The translations under genes and the position numbers were made by a program. The notes under the pieces are model-generated. The model was given only the letters and a program-made list of their open reading frames with translations, was not told the origin of the DNA and did no database searches. Of a stretch of 64,000 bases of DNA, positions 1 to 10,500 are shown piece after piece. How positions within the stretch are numbered: position 1 is the stretch's first letter; each line of letters opens with the position of its first letter. Source of the DNA: Acidobacteriota bacterium (GTDB taxonomy: Bacteria > Acidobacteriota > Blastocatellia > RBC074); assembly GCA_043740245.1 (NCBI GenBank), contig JAYUCP010000171.1, positions 5,835 through 69,834 on the forward strand, given 5' to 3'.

Positions 1-132
1 GAAGCGCCGTTTGAAGTCCCCAAAAGACTCGTTGAAGAACTTCGCGGAAAAGGCAAACGGAAAAAAACAAGGAAGGTACGCAGTACTCCGCCGCCTTCCT
101 CACCTGCGGTCTGAAACGCACTGCCAGCAGCT

Positions 133-955
133 TCAGTTCGCCGCGACCGCCTTGCCGTCAAAGATGCTGATGTCCGGGCGATAACGCACCAGGCGGCGGT
201 CTTGCCGCGCGACGCTGCCCGCTGGCAGTTTGTCTATCGCGGCTTGCATTCGCGCATCCTGTGATAACGGTACATCCAACTCCGCTGGCGAAGTGAGCGG
301 GCGGAATTCAATGTAGGTGCGCACGATGTCATTGCCCAGCCGCAGCCTGGCGAACCAGCGTGCCAGATCAATGCTTTGCCGGGCCGCCGGGATAAACTCG
401 CTCCTGCGCCAGTCTTCATAGGCTTTCTCGCGTCCGGGTACGAGTTCGAGCAGGTTGAAGATCGCCCAGTCCGGCTTGCCCTGAAACTTCGCGCTGGTGA
501 AGCTGAGCGCCGGTTCGTAGCGCACGATGTAGTTGACGCTCTTCAAAGAAACGACTGTGACGCGCAAACAACGCGGCGGCGCCGTCACCCAGCGCTTTGT
601 TGATCGAACTGCTTTGTCCGATCTCGGCATAACCGCCCGGCATTGGGTTAATGGCAATCAGTTCGGTCGTATTGCCGTAGGCCGTCCCCCAGTAATCCAT
701 CCGTTTCATCCCGCCCTTGAGGCGCGCGGGGTTCAACTCGTGTTTGATGAAGCTGCCAAGCTCGGTCATGTTCGCCGGCTTCACGCGGTAAATCTGAATT
801 TGCCAAAGTTCCGTTTTGTCAGCGGGTGGCGCGAAGCTGTTGGCGCTTTGTGCGGCGGCCTGCGGGAACGCCTTGTGCATGAGCGCGGGCGTGGCGAGCG
901 CGAGCAGCAGGGCGAGGGTGATGAAGATGATTCTGGTCAAGTGCTTGGTTTTCAT
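133..955 (-). pseudogene. Secreted tandem NIPSNAP-like (dimeric alpha/beta-barrel-like) domain protein; apparent frameshift between ORF 416..955 and ORF 133..657
   Basis: AAGGAG RBS plus ATG at 955 and signal peptide MKTKHLTRIIFITLALLLALATPA in frame 416..955. The C-terminal half continues in frame 133..657. Both halves align by eye to the two domains of the 3685..4479 paralog (ELNPARLKGGMK ~ EVLPALKKAGVK; PGREKAYEDW ~ PGRAAEWEKF). The frame switch maps to ~540-550 at an A-run (caaagaaa). It could be a sequencing error rather than a true pseudogene. Confidence 0.45.
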
Positions 956-1664
956 GATGCGAGTCTCCTTGGTGATGGTTGGTGTTGTTGGTTGAAATGA
1001 AGTTGGGTTCGGCGCGTTGCAACAGCCCGCCCAGCGCCAGGTTTAGAATCTCTTCGGCAATCTGCGCGGCGTTCAAACGGCCCTGCGTGTCGTACCAGCG
1101 CGCCACCCAGAGCAGCGTGCCGAGCAAACTGAAGGCGGCGACGGTCGCGTCCAGCGCGCGCAATTTTTCTTCCTGCTGCAATTGCCGGAGCGTGTCGCGG
1201 ATCAAATCCACATACGCGCGTTTGCGCTGGTCAAGCTTGCGGCGCTGGACTTTGCTGAGGCCGCCGGTTTCATCCACGGCGATGGTGACGGGGTTGCCGC
1301 GGCCAGCGCTTTTTCCAGCGCCTTTTGTGGATGCGCCGCTGGTGATGATGCGGATGTGATTGCGGATGATGGTGCGCAAACGTGTCTCGGCATCGGGGAT
1401 GGCGCGCGCGGGCGTGACGACGTGGCGTTCCAGTTGATCCATCCCGAAACTCATGATGGCGTAAAGCAAATCCTGCTTGCCGCCGGGGATGAAGTGATAG
1501 AGCGCGGCTTTGGTCACGCCGACGGCTTCGGCGATGTCGCTCATGGACGTGGCGTCAAAGCCGCGTTCGCAAAAGAGCGCCGCCGCCGCGCGGTAAATCT
1601 GCGCGTGGCGTTTGCTCTCGGCTTCAGCAAAGATCAGGTTCTCAGTTTCCATATCGCTCTGCAC
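819..1664 (-). CDS. TetR/AcrR family transcriptional regulator
   Basis: N-terminal HTH region YRAAAALFCERGFDATSMSDIAEAVGVTKAALYHF is typical of TetR. Start is GTG at 1664 or ATG at 1652. The ORF has no in-frame stop until 819, so a low-complexity tail overlaps the next gene (start 955) by ~137 bp. Confidence 0.7.
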   Translation of the reverse strand: MQSDMETENLIFAEAESKRHAQIYRAAAALFCERGFDATSMSDIAEAVGVTKAALYHFIPGGKQDLLYAIMSFGMDQLERHVVTPARAIPDAETRLRTIIRNHIRIITSGASTKGAGKSAGRGNPVTIAVDETGGLSKVQRRKLDQRKRAYVDLIRDTLRQLQQEEKLRALDATVAAFSLLGTLLWVARWYDTQGRLNAAQIAEEILNLALGGLLQRAEPNFISTNNTNHHQGDSHHENQALDQNHLHHPRPAARARHARAHAQGVPAGRRTKRQQLRATR

Positions 1665-1671
1665 ATAGGGT

Positions 1672-1753
1672 CAAACCACGGGGGACACGGGGAACACTGG
1701 GAGGCCGCTGGTTATTGATCTTCCCCCGTGCGCCCCGTGTCCCCCATGGTTTG
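1672..1753. repeat. GC-rich palindromic element, family B copy 1 (arms built from CACGGGG heptamers)
   Basis: Left arm caaaccacgggggacacggggaacac (1672-1697) is the reverse complement of the right arm cccccgtgcgccccgtgtcccccatggtttg (1723-1753). Related copies lie at ~26064, ~46208 and ~63328. It sits immediately 3' of the TPR gene. Confidence 0.6.
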
Positions 1754-1758
1754 TGTTG

Positions 1759-2697
1759 TTAAGGTTTACTCGGCTTGACGTGGGCCAGCGGCGGTTCTAG
1801 CGGCGCTTCGTATTGCGAGGCCGGCCACTCGCCCAGCCGCAAACTCTGTTGGAAATCCGCCGCCGCCTCTGCGGCTTTGCCCAGGGCTTTGTATACGGCG
1901 CTGCGATTGAAATAGGCCAGCTTGAAATCGGGCCGCAGCTTGATCGCTTGCGTGTAGTCGGCGAGCGCGCCCGGCAGATCGCCATAAACTTTGCGCGCCA
2001 GTCCGCGATTGTTGTAAAGCTGCGGCGCGCTGGGCGCGAGCGCGATGGCCCGGTCGTAATCGCGCAAGGCTCCCTCCAAATCGAATTGGTCTTGTTTGAC
2101 GCCCGCGCGATTGTTGAGCGCCGCCACCGATTGCGGATCGAGCGCCAGCGCCTGATTGAAATCGTTGAGCGCCGCGTCATATTCCGCCAGGTTGAGCCAA
2201 GCCAGTCCGCGATTATTCCAGGCCAACGCCGACTGCGGATCGAGCGTGATGGCCCGGCTATAGTCGTTGCGCGCGGCTTCATAATCGCCTGTATTCATGC
2301 GGGCGTTGCCGCGTTTGATGGCGGCGGCCAAGTGGCGCGGGGCATAGCGCAACGCCTGCTCGAAATCGCGCAACGCCGCGTCCCACTCGCGCCAGTCGTA
2401 ACGCACCAGGCCGCGCCAGTAATAAAGCGTGGCCGGGTCAGTGCCGCTCTCGGCCTGCGGTTCGCGGCCAATGGGTACAGCAGGTACGACGGCCGCGAAA
2501 TCCTTAATGGCTTGCTCAAAGGCGGCCAGCGCGCCCGGCAGATCGCCGTTTTGATAGCGTTCGACGCCGCGTTGGAAAGCATCCGGCGTGGCGGTGCGGC
2601 GCGCTTGCTGGGCTGGCGCGGACGCGCAAACGAGCAGTAACACGCCGAACGCCGCGCCGAGCCCCAAGTGGAGTTTGGTTGCGATTTGTCTTGGCAT
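1759..2697 (-). CDS. Secreted TPR-repeat protein (paralog of 17154..18062)
   Basis: AGGAGA RBS plus ATG at 2697 and signal peptide LGLGAAFGVLLLVCASAPAQQ. Repeated A..NNRG/NNRA...G....A..DY..AI.LDP TPR units. About 55% identity by eye to the 17154..18062 product, including the shared C-terminal LEPPLA motif. Confidence 0.8.
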   Translation of the reverse strand: MPRQIATKLHLGLGAAFGVLLLVCASAPAQQARRTATPDAFQRGVERYQNGDLPGALAAFEQAIKDFAAVVPAVPIGREPQAESGTDPATLYYWRGLVRYDWREWDAALRDFEQALRYAPRHLAAAIKRGNARMNTGDYEAARNDYSRAITLDPQSALAWNNRGLAWLNLAEYDAALNDFNQALALDPQSVAALNNRAGVKQDQFDLEGALRDYDRAIALAPSAPQLYNNRGLARKVYGDLPGALADYTQAIKLRPDFKLAYFNRSAVYKALGKAAEAAADFQQSLRLGEWPASQYEAPLEPPLAHVKPSKP

Positions 2698-2788
2698 AAT
2701 TGATCTCCTGGGGATGACCCATTCAGTTGTCTTCAGTTACAATCCGTTTGCCGGCAATGACGCCGGCCGGATGATTGGAGAAAATGCG

Positions 2789-3181
2789 ATGACGACGCTG
2801 GAACAAACCATCGAAACCATCAAAGCCATGCCGCCTGCCGACCGCCGCCAACTGCGCGAATGGTTGCAGGTACAGGAACGGCCTCAGGAAGAGTTGGACG
2901 CTGCGCCGCCGCCCGCCGCAACAACCACGCCAGTCGCGCAGGCGGAAACCGTCGAGCAACAAATCGCGCGCTTCCGCAAAGCGATGGACTGGATTCATGA
3001 CCATCGCGCCGAATACTTGGGCCAATGGGTCGTGCTGGTCGGCGACCGGCTCATCAGCCACGGCTTTGACAGCCGTCAGGTTGATCAAGCAGCTAAAGCC
3101 GCTGGCATCGAAGTCCCTTTCATCGCCTTAGTGGGCGAGGAACCGGAAGCCTTCATGACCTATATGGTTGGATTACCGTGA
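2789..3181 (+). CDS. DUF5678-like small protein (tentative)
   Basis: GGAG RBS 8 nt upstream of ATG 2789. The C-terminal segment EYLGQWVVLVGDRLISHGFDSRQVDQAAKAAGIEVPFIALVGEEPEAF resembles DUF5678, assigned from memory. The stop overlaps the start of the next gene (ATGA at 3178-3181). Confidence 0.5.
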   Translation: MTTLEQTIETIKAMPPADRRQLREWLQVQERPQEELDAAPPPAATTTPVAQAETVEQQIARFRKAMDWIHDHRAEYLGQWVVLVGDRLISHGFDSRQVDQAAKAAGIEVPFIALVGEEPEAFMTYMVGLP

Positions 3182-3594
3182 TGACCTATCAACTCAGTTT
3201 CAGCGTGAGCCACGCTTACGACTCGCGCGCGGCGGACATCAACGTGCCCCTCACGCTCCGATCTGGCGCAGAGACGCGGGAAGTAACCGCCAAACTGGAC
3301 CCAGGCTCGACTTTCTGCGTCTTTCAACGCGAGGTCGGCGAAAAGCTCGGCTTCGACATCGAGCGTGGCATGCCGCAACGCATCGGCACGGCCATGGGCA
3401 GCTTTCTCGCCTACGGCCACGAAGTCACGCTGGTCACACTCGGCATTGAACTCGTCGCCACCGTCTACTTCGCTGCCGCCGAGCACTTCCCGGTCAATGT
3501 GCTGGGGCGCGTCGGCTGGTTGAATCGCCTGCGCCTCGGTCTGATTGACTACGACAGCCGCCTCTATCTGAGCGAGAACGACGATCCGGTGTAG
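3178..3594 (+). CDS. Retropepsin-like (clan AA aspartic peptidase fold) protein with atypical DPGS motif
   Basis: Translationally coupled to the upstream gene. The pattern VPLTLRSGAETREVTAKLDPGSTFCVF ... NVLGRVGWLNRLRLGLIDYDSRLYL matches the retropepsin-like layout (beta-hairpin, D-[TS]-G-[AS] position, C-terminal LLGRD.L...ID motif). Thr is replaced by Pro in the DTG position. Confidence 0.45.
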   Translation: MMTYQLSFSVSHAYDSRAADINVPLTLRSGAETREVTAKLDPGSTFCVFQREVGEKLGFDIERGMPQRIGTAMGSFLAYGHEVTLVTLGIELVATVYFAAAEHFPVNVLGRVGWLNRLRLGLIDYDSRLYLSENDDPV

Positions 3595-3611
3595 CGAGCA
3601 AAGCAGAAGGG

Positions 3612-3680
3612 GAGCGTGCGCGACCGGCGGCTCGGCATTGCGTCCATTGCCAAACTACAAGTCGCGCAACGCTCCCCGCC
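3612..3680. terminator. Bidirectional hairpin between convergent genes
   Basis: ggggagcgtgcgcgac (3614-3629) and gtcgcgcaacgctcccc (3661-3677) are near-perfect inverted repeats with a ~31-nt loop, between the 3' ends of 3178..3594(+) and 3685..4479(-). No clear U-tract. Confidence 0.35.
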
Positions 3681-3684
3681 GCAG

Positions 3685-4479
3685 TTATTTCTGCGCTGCT
3701 GGCCGGATGCTCAGTTCCGGCACGTAACGCACGACCAGCGCTTCGCGGTGCGCCACTACTCCGGCAGGCGGCGCGGTCGCCAGGTTCAATTCGGCCTGCG
3801 CTTTGGCCAGCGCCTGTGCAAACTTAAGCCCGTCGGCATAGGAATCGAACAGCAAGAGTGTGCGGTATTCATCCGTATCACCGCCGAACGCGACCTTGCC
3901 CGCTAACACGCCTTTGATACCGGCTTTCTTAGTTGCCGGCAGAAGGTTTTCTTTGACAAACTTTTCCCACTCGGCGGCGCGACCGGGCATCACGATGGTC
4001 TTGATCGAAGTCGCCAACTTCATCGGTTCGCTCGAAGCCGGCGCAATGCCCAGATCGGGCCGGCCTTGCGAGACGTAGCTACGCCATTCCGCCAGCAGCC
4101 GTCCCTGCTTGTTGTTGAGCGCCCGTGCGCCCTCTTCGCCCAACGCCTTGACGAGCGGCGTGGGTTCGTCAAGCTGCGCAAAATTCTCCAGCGCCGCCGA
4201 GATGATGACCCACTGGCGCACATCGCCCTGGACTACCTGCAGTACGGTCTGCTGCTTGACCCCGGCTTTCTTCAATGCCGGCAGCACTTCATTCTTGTAG
4301 AGCGTTTGCCATTCGGCACTCACCCCCGGATTCGTTTTGATCACTTGCACGCGGTAAAACTGCGGCGCGGGCGGTTGAGTTTGGGCGAACGTGAATGACG
4401 CGAGCGCGGCGGCCAGCAGCAGGCCGAACAGCGCGGCGCGTGTAAATTGCGAAATTGATTGATGAACTACGTGTGGCAT
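3685..4479 (-). CDS. Secreted tandem NIPSNAP-like domain protein (paralog family)
   Basis: AAGGAG RBS plus ATG at 4479. Leader MPHVVHQSISQFTRAALFGLLLAAALASFTFAQ is nearly identical to the giant protein leader. Two internal repeats (..NPGVSAEWQTLYKNEVLPALKKAGVK.. and ..MPGRAAEWEKFVKENLLPATKKAGIKG..). Confidence 0.7.
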   Translation of the reverse strand: MPHVVHQSISQFTRAALFGLLLAAALASFTFAQTQPPAPQFYRVQVIKTNPGVSAEWQTLYKNEVLPALKKAGVKQQTVLQVVQGDVRQWVIISAALENFAQLDEPTPLVKALGEEGARALNNKQGRLLAEWRSYVSQGRPDLGIAPASSEPMKLATSIKTIVMPGRAAEWEKFVKENLLPATKKAGIKGVLAGKVAFGGDTDEYRTLLLFDSYADGLKFAQALAKAQAELNLATAPPAGVVAHREALVVRYVPELSIRPAAQK

Positions 4480-4570
4480 GGTTTTGGTCTCCTTGAAATG
4501 AACGAGGGTTGGTGGTTGCGCGGCGGGTGCGTTACGCGCCGCGTTGAAACAAGCGCCTGGATACTGGCGC

Positions 4571-7500
4571 TCAGGGTTGTTTGGCCGTGATGGGCGTGTC
4601 GCCGGTTTGTCCGTGGGCGCGGGTCATAACCGAACCGGTGCGGCTGAGCCTGACGTACCAGTTGCTGTCGCGCGCGCGCCAGACGGCGACATCGGCCCTG
4701 CCGTCACCGTCGTAATCGCCCGGCACCGGCACGTCGCCCAGCGCCGCTGTGCCCCAGGCAAAGGCCTGAACCTCGTCGTCGCTGCTGCGCAAGACGTACC
4801 AGTTGCCCTCCGCGCCGCGCCAGACGGCAATATCGGCCTTCCCATCGCCGTCGTAATCGGCCGCCACGGGGATGTCTGTCCCCAGGCCCCAGGGCCGCGC
4901 GATAACTTGTCCGTCGGAGCTTTGCTTGATGTACCAGTAGCCGGTCGCCTGGCGGAAAACAGCCACGTCGGTCTGGCCGTCGCCGTCGAAGTCGGCGGGC
5001 ACCGGCACGTCGCGGTAAGGGGCAGTGCTGACGCCCCATGAAATGGTTTGCACCTGCTGATCGGAACTGCGCCCCGAGTAGAGGATGTACCAGTTGCTTT
5101 CCGCGCCGCGCCAGACGGCGATGTCGGTCTGGCCGTCGCCGTCATAATCGCCCGGCACCGGAATATCCGTCCCCAGGCCCCACAGCTTTGAAATCACCGC
5201 GCCGTCACGGCTGCACTTGATGAACCACATGCCGGTCGAGCGGCGGAAAACCGCCAGGTCCATTTTGCCGTCGCCGTCGTAATCGCCCGCCACCGGCACG
5301 TCGAAATACGGCGCGGCGCTTGATCCCCACAGTTCAGCGCGCACGCTGGCGGCGTTGCTCTCCAGCATCAGCCATTCGCCCGTCTGGCCGCGCCAGACCG
5401 TGAGATCGGCTTGGCCGTCGCCGTCGAAGTCACCGAAAACCAGCGACTGCGCCGCCAGGCCGTTACCATTCCCGCCCGTGTGGATAACGATCTGGCCGCC
5501 GCCCAGTACGGTGGTCGGGTCGGCGCTGTCGGGCGCATTCATCTGGTTGTCGTAGACGAGGCCGCCGCCGTTGTTGTTCCAAATCCTGATGCGGAACTTA
5601 TCCTGCCCGCCGCCGCCAGACTGCTGCCCGTCAATGGCCGTCAGGATGAAGCGGTAATCGCCCGTGTTATTGATCGTGCCCGCGCCTTTGTATTGCGCCC
5701 GCGCACCGGCCACGACCAGCCACTCGTAAAGCGTGCTGTGGAAGTTGAGATTGGCGAGCGCGAATTGGAACTCGGTCTCGCCGGTCGGAATGGTGGCGCC
5801 TTTCTTGTACTTCGAGACGAAGCCGAAGCTGGCTTTGCCGGTCAACGACGGGTTAGGGGGATAGGCGCCCGGCGGTGAGACGATCCAGCCGCCGCCCGTG
5901 ACAAATCCGGCGCTTGGGTCATAGACCACGACGAGTGCTGTCAGCCCGCCGCTGGTGATGGCTGTGCCTTGTCCGCCGCAGCCATTGCTGACCGTCAGCG
6001 TCACCTGATAAACGCCTGCCTCTGTGAAGGTATGACTGGCGCTGACCGTGCCCGCCGCCTCATTCACCACGCCGGGTTGCGTGCCGGCGTCGAAGCTCCA
6101 GGTCGCGCTGTGCGTCCCGCCCGCCGCATCTGTAAACGCGCCGGTGAAGTTCACTGCCGTGCCCACCGGATAGATGGAGCCGCTGGGCGGACTGGTGATG
6201 CTCACCACGGGCGTCGCGCAACCGCCGCCGACGGTCAACGCCGCCGGGTTGGAAGTCAGCGCGCCGCACGCGCCCGTCACCACCACGTCGTAATTGCCCG
6301 CGTCCGCCGCCGTGACCGCAGCAATTGTGTAACTGCTGGCGGTCGCGCCGCTGATGGCCGCGCCGTTCTTGCGCCATTGATAATTCAGGCTCGCGCCCGT
6401 GGCCGTGACCGCGAAAGCCACGCTCTGGCCCGCGTTCGCGGTTTGGCTGGCGGGCTGCGCGCTAATGGCCGTCGCCGGATTGACCGTCAGCGTGGCCGCG
6501 CTGGACGTAACCGTGCCGCAAGCGCCGGTGACGACTACATCGTAACTGCCCGCCTGCGCCGCCGTGGCTGACGCCAGGTTATAGCTCGCCGCAGTCGCGC
6601 CGCTGATGTTCACGCCGTCCTTGCGCCACTGATACGACAGGCCCGCGCCCGCCGCCGTCACGCTGAAGCTGGCCGGCGCGCCCGCACAGACGGTGGCGCT
6701 TTGCGGTTGCGTGCTGATGGCCGTCGTGGTGTTGACCGTCAGCGTGGCTGCGCTCGACGTGACCGTGCCGCAAGCGCCGCTGACAATCACGTCATACGCC
6801 GCCGCGTCACCAGCCGTCACCTGATTGATGGTGAAGCTGGCCGCCGTCGCGCCGCCGATGTTCACGCCGCCTTTGCGCCATTGATAGCTCAGGCTTGCGC
6901 CAGTCGCCACGACGCTAAAGGTTGCCGCCGCGCCCGCGCACACGGTTTGATTGGCGGGTTGTGTGTTGATGGCGGTCGTTGTGTTGACGGCCAGCGACGC
7001 GGCGCTTGAAGTCGTGCTGCCGCACGCGCCAGTTACCACCACATCGTAGCTGGCGGCATCGGCTGCGTTCGCCGTCGCGATGGTGAAGCTGCTGCCGTTC
7101 GCACCGCTGATGTTCACGCCGCCTTTGCGCCATTGATACGTCAAGCCAGTGCCGCTGGCAGCGACACTGAATGTTGCTGATGTGCCCGCGCACACGGTTT
7201 GATTCGCCGGTTGCGTGTTGATGGCCGTTGTCGCATTGACCGTCAGCGTGACCGCGCTCGAAGTCACGCTGCCGCAGGTGCTGTTTACGATGACATCGTA
7301 ATTGCCCGCGTCGGCGGCGCTGACGGGATTGATGGTCAGGCTGGCGACGTTTGCGCCGCCAATGTTGACGCCGCCTTTGCGCCATTGATACGTGACCGTG
7401 CCCGCGCCGCTGGCCGCTACGCTGAAGGTCGCCGCGCCGCCGGGGCAGGCGGTTTGACTGGCGGGTTGGGTGTTGATGGCCGTGGCCTCGGTGAGCGTCA

Positions 7501-10500
7501 GGCTGGCCGCAGCGGACGTGACGCTGCCGCACGCGCCGCTGACGACGACATCATAGCTGCCCGCGTCGCCCGCCGTGACGGCGGCGAGAGTGAGCGTGCT
7601 GCCGTTCGCGCCGCCGATATTCACGCCGCCCTTGCGCCACTGATAAGCCAGGCTCGTGCCCGTCGCATTGACTGCGAACGTGACCGCGCCGCCGAGACAC
7701 GACGCCTGATTCGTAGGCTGTGCATTGATGGCCGTTGTGGCGTTGACGGTCAAGGTTGCGGCGCTTGAAGTCAGCACGCCGCACGCGCCGCTGACAACCA
7801 CCTCATAGTTGGCGGCATCGGCTGCCGTGGCTGCGGCGATGGTGAAGCTGCCGCCGTTTGCGCCGTTGATGAGATTGCCGTTCTTGCGCCATTGATACGT
7901 CAGGTTCGTGCCTGTGGCCGTCGCGCTGAACGTCGCCGGCGTGCCCGCGCATACAGTTTGACTCGTTGGTTGCGTGTTGATGGCCGTTGCCGCATTGACT
8001 GTCAACGTGGCAACAGTCGAGGTCACGCTGCCGCACGCGCCACTGACGACCACGTCGTAACTCGCCACATCCGCAGCCGAGGCATTGGCGATGATGAAAC
8101 TGCTGCCCGTCGCGCCGCCAATGTTCACGCCGCCTTTGCGCCATTGATAACTCAGGCTTGCGCCCGTCGCCGCGACGCTGAAGCTTGCCGCCGCGCCCGC
8201 GCACACGGTTTGATTGGCGGGTTGTGTGTTGATGGCGGTCGTCGTGTTGACGGCCAGCGACGCGGCGCTTGAAGTCACGCTGCCGCACGCGCCGCTGACG
8301 ACCACATCATAGCTCGCCGCATCCGCAGCCGTGGCGGCGGGGATGGTGAAGCTGCTGCTGTTCGCGCCGTTGACGCTCGCGCCGTCCTTGCGCCATTGAT
8401 ACAGCAGGTTCGTGCCGGTGGCCGCCACGCTGAAGGTTGCCGGCGTGCCCGCGCAGACGGTTTGATTGGCCGGTTGTGTGTTGATGCTGGTCAGCGCATT
8501 GACTGTCAGCGTCGCCGCAGTTGAAGTCAACGTGCCGCACGCGCCGCTGACCACCACGTCATAGCTGGCGGCATCGGCTGGCGTGACGCCGGCAATCGCA
8601 TAGCTGCTGCCGTTTGCGCCGCCGATATTCACGCCATCTTTGCGCCATTGGTACGTCAATGCTGTGCCGCTGGCCGCTACGCTGAAGGTTGCGGCTGTGC
8701 CCGTGCATAGAGTTTGACTCGTTGGTTGCGTGTTGATGACTGTTGCCGCATTGACTGTCAACGTGGCAACAGTCGAGGTCACGCTGCCGCACGCGCCAGT
8801 CACGACTACATCGTAATTGGCGGCCTGCGCCGCTGTGGCTGTGGCAATCGTGAAGCTGCTGCCCGTCGCGCCGCCGATGTTCACGCCGTCATTGCGCCAT
8901 TGATAGGTCAGGTTCGTGCCGGTCGCGGTTACGGCCAAGCTCGCCGTTGCGCCGTTGCAGACGGTTTGACCGGCGGGTTGCGCAGTGATGGCCGTCACGG
9001 CATTGACGCTGAGCGTCGCCGTCGCGGAAGCCGTTGTGCCGCAGCCGTTGCTGGCCTCCACCGTGTAACCGCCCGCGTCAGCCGCTTGGGCATTGCTGAT
9101 GGTCAGCGTCGTGCCGGTCGCACCGGCAATGAAGCTGCCGTCTTTCTTCCACTGATAGCCGGTCGCGCCCGTCGCCGTGACGCTGAACGTGGCCGTGCCG
9201 CCCGCGCACAGCATCTGGCTGGCGGGTTGCGCGCTGATGACCGGTGCGGTGTTGACGATCAGCGTCGCGGCATTCGAGCTGACTGTGCCGCAGGTGTTGA
9301 CGACATCCACCGTGTAAGCGCCCGCATCGCCCGGTTGCGCGTTGTTGATGATGAGCGTGGCAGCGTTTGCGCCGCTGATGGCCGCGCCGTTCTTGCGCCA
9401 TTGATAATTCGTCGCACCCGTCGCGCTGACGCTGAAGGTGGCTGTGTCGCCAGCGCAGACCGTAGCGGCGACGGGTTGCGCCGTGATGGTTGGCGGATTG
9501 TTGACCGTCAACGTGGCCGCTGTTGAAACGACGCTCGCGCCGCAGGCATTGACCACGACGACATCGAAGAGCGCGCCGTTGTCGGCGGCGGTCACTGTCG
9601 GCGTGGTGTAACTGTTGTTCGTCGCGCCCGCGACGTTCACGCCGTTCTTGCGCCATTGATAGCTGAGCGTGCCGTTACTGGCGGTGACGACGGCGGTGAA
9701 CGTCGCGGCTTGGCCCGGACAGACCGTTTGATTGGCCGGTTGCGTAGCGATGACCGCCGTGCCTTCAGTGTAGTGCGCAAAAAACTGCGCTTGCTGGCCG
9801 CCCGCCGTCGTGAAATTGCCGCCGAGATAAAGCTGGCCGCCCGCCGCCGCCAGCGCCGTGCCGACCGCGCTTGAATTATTGAAACCGCCGCCCAGTCCGC
9901 TGCCCACGGCTGACCAGGTATTGTTGAGGGCATTCCAACGCGCCAGTTCGTTGACGCCGGTCAAGCCGCCGGCAATGGTGAAATCGCCCGTCGCGTAAAT
10001 TGAATTCCCGCTCACGGCCAGCGCGTAGACGGTGTGGCTGGGGATGCCGCTGCCCAGCGCCGACCACGTTGAAGTGCTCTCGTTCCATTTGGCGATGCTG
10101 GCGGCCGGCGCGCCGCCCGCGCTGGTGAAGGTGCCGCCCACATAAAGCTCGTTGCCGCGCACGGCCAGCGCGCGCACGGTGTTGGACTGCAAGCTGGGGC
10201 CGATGCCGCTGCCCAGCGCCGACCACGCGCTGCCGTTCCATTTGGCGATGCCGTTCGCGATGACGCCGCCCGCCGTGTCGTACCGCCCGCCCAGATAGAG
10301 GTTGTTCCCGCTCACCGCCAGTGCAAACACAAAGCTAAAGCTGCCGCCGATGCCGCTGCCCAACGCCGACCACGCGCTGCCGTCCCACTTGGCAATGCCG
10401 CTGGCCGGAAAGAAGGTGGTGCAGGCGGCATTGCTGCAAGCCGTGGTGAAGCTGCCACCGGCATAAACGTCATTGCCGCTGATGGCGATGGCATGCACAG

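Noticed and set aside
1182-1718. 178-aa plus-strand ORF
   Set aside because: It lies antisense to the TetR gene.
6060-9656. Series of 60-270-aa antisense/plus-strand ORFs with 252-bp periodicity
   Set aside because: These are artefacts of open reading frames in GC-rich tandem repeats opposite the giant gene. Their translations are Arg/Gly/Gln-rich low-complexity sequences.
6221-9751. CRISPR-like regular repeats
   Set aside because: The units are 252 bp, are protein-coding Ig domains and have no unique spacers, so this is not a CRISPR array.
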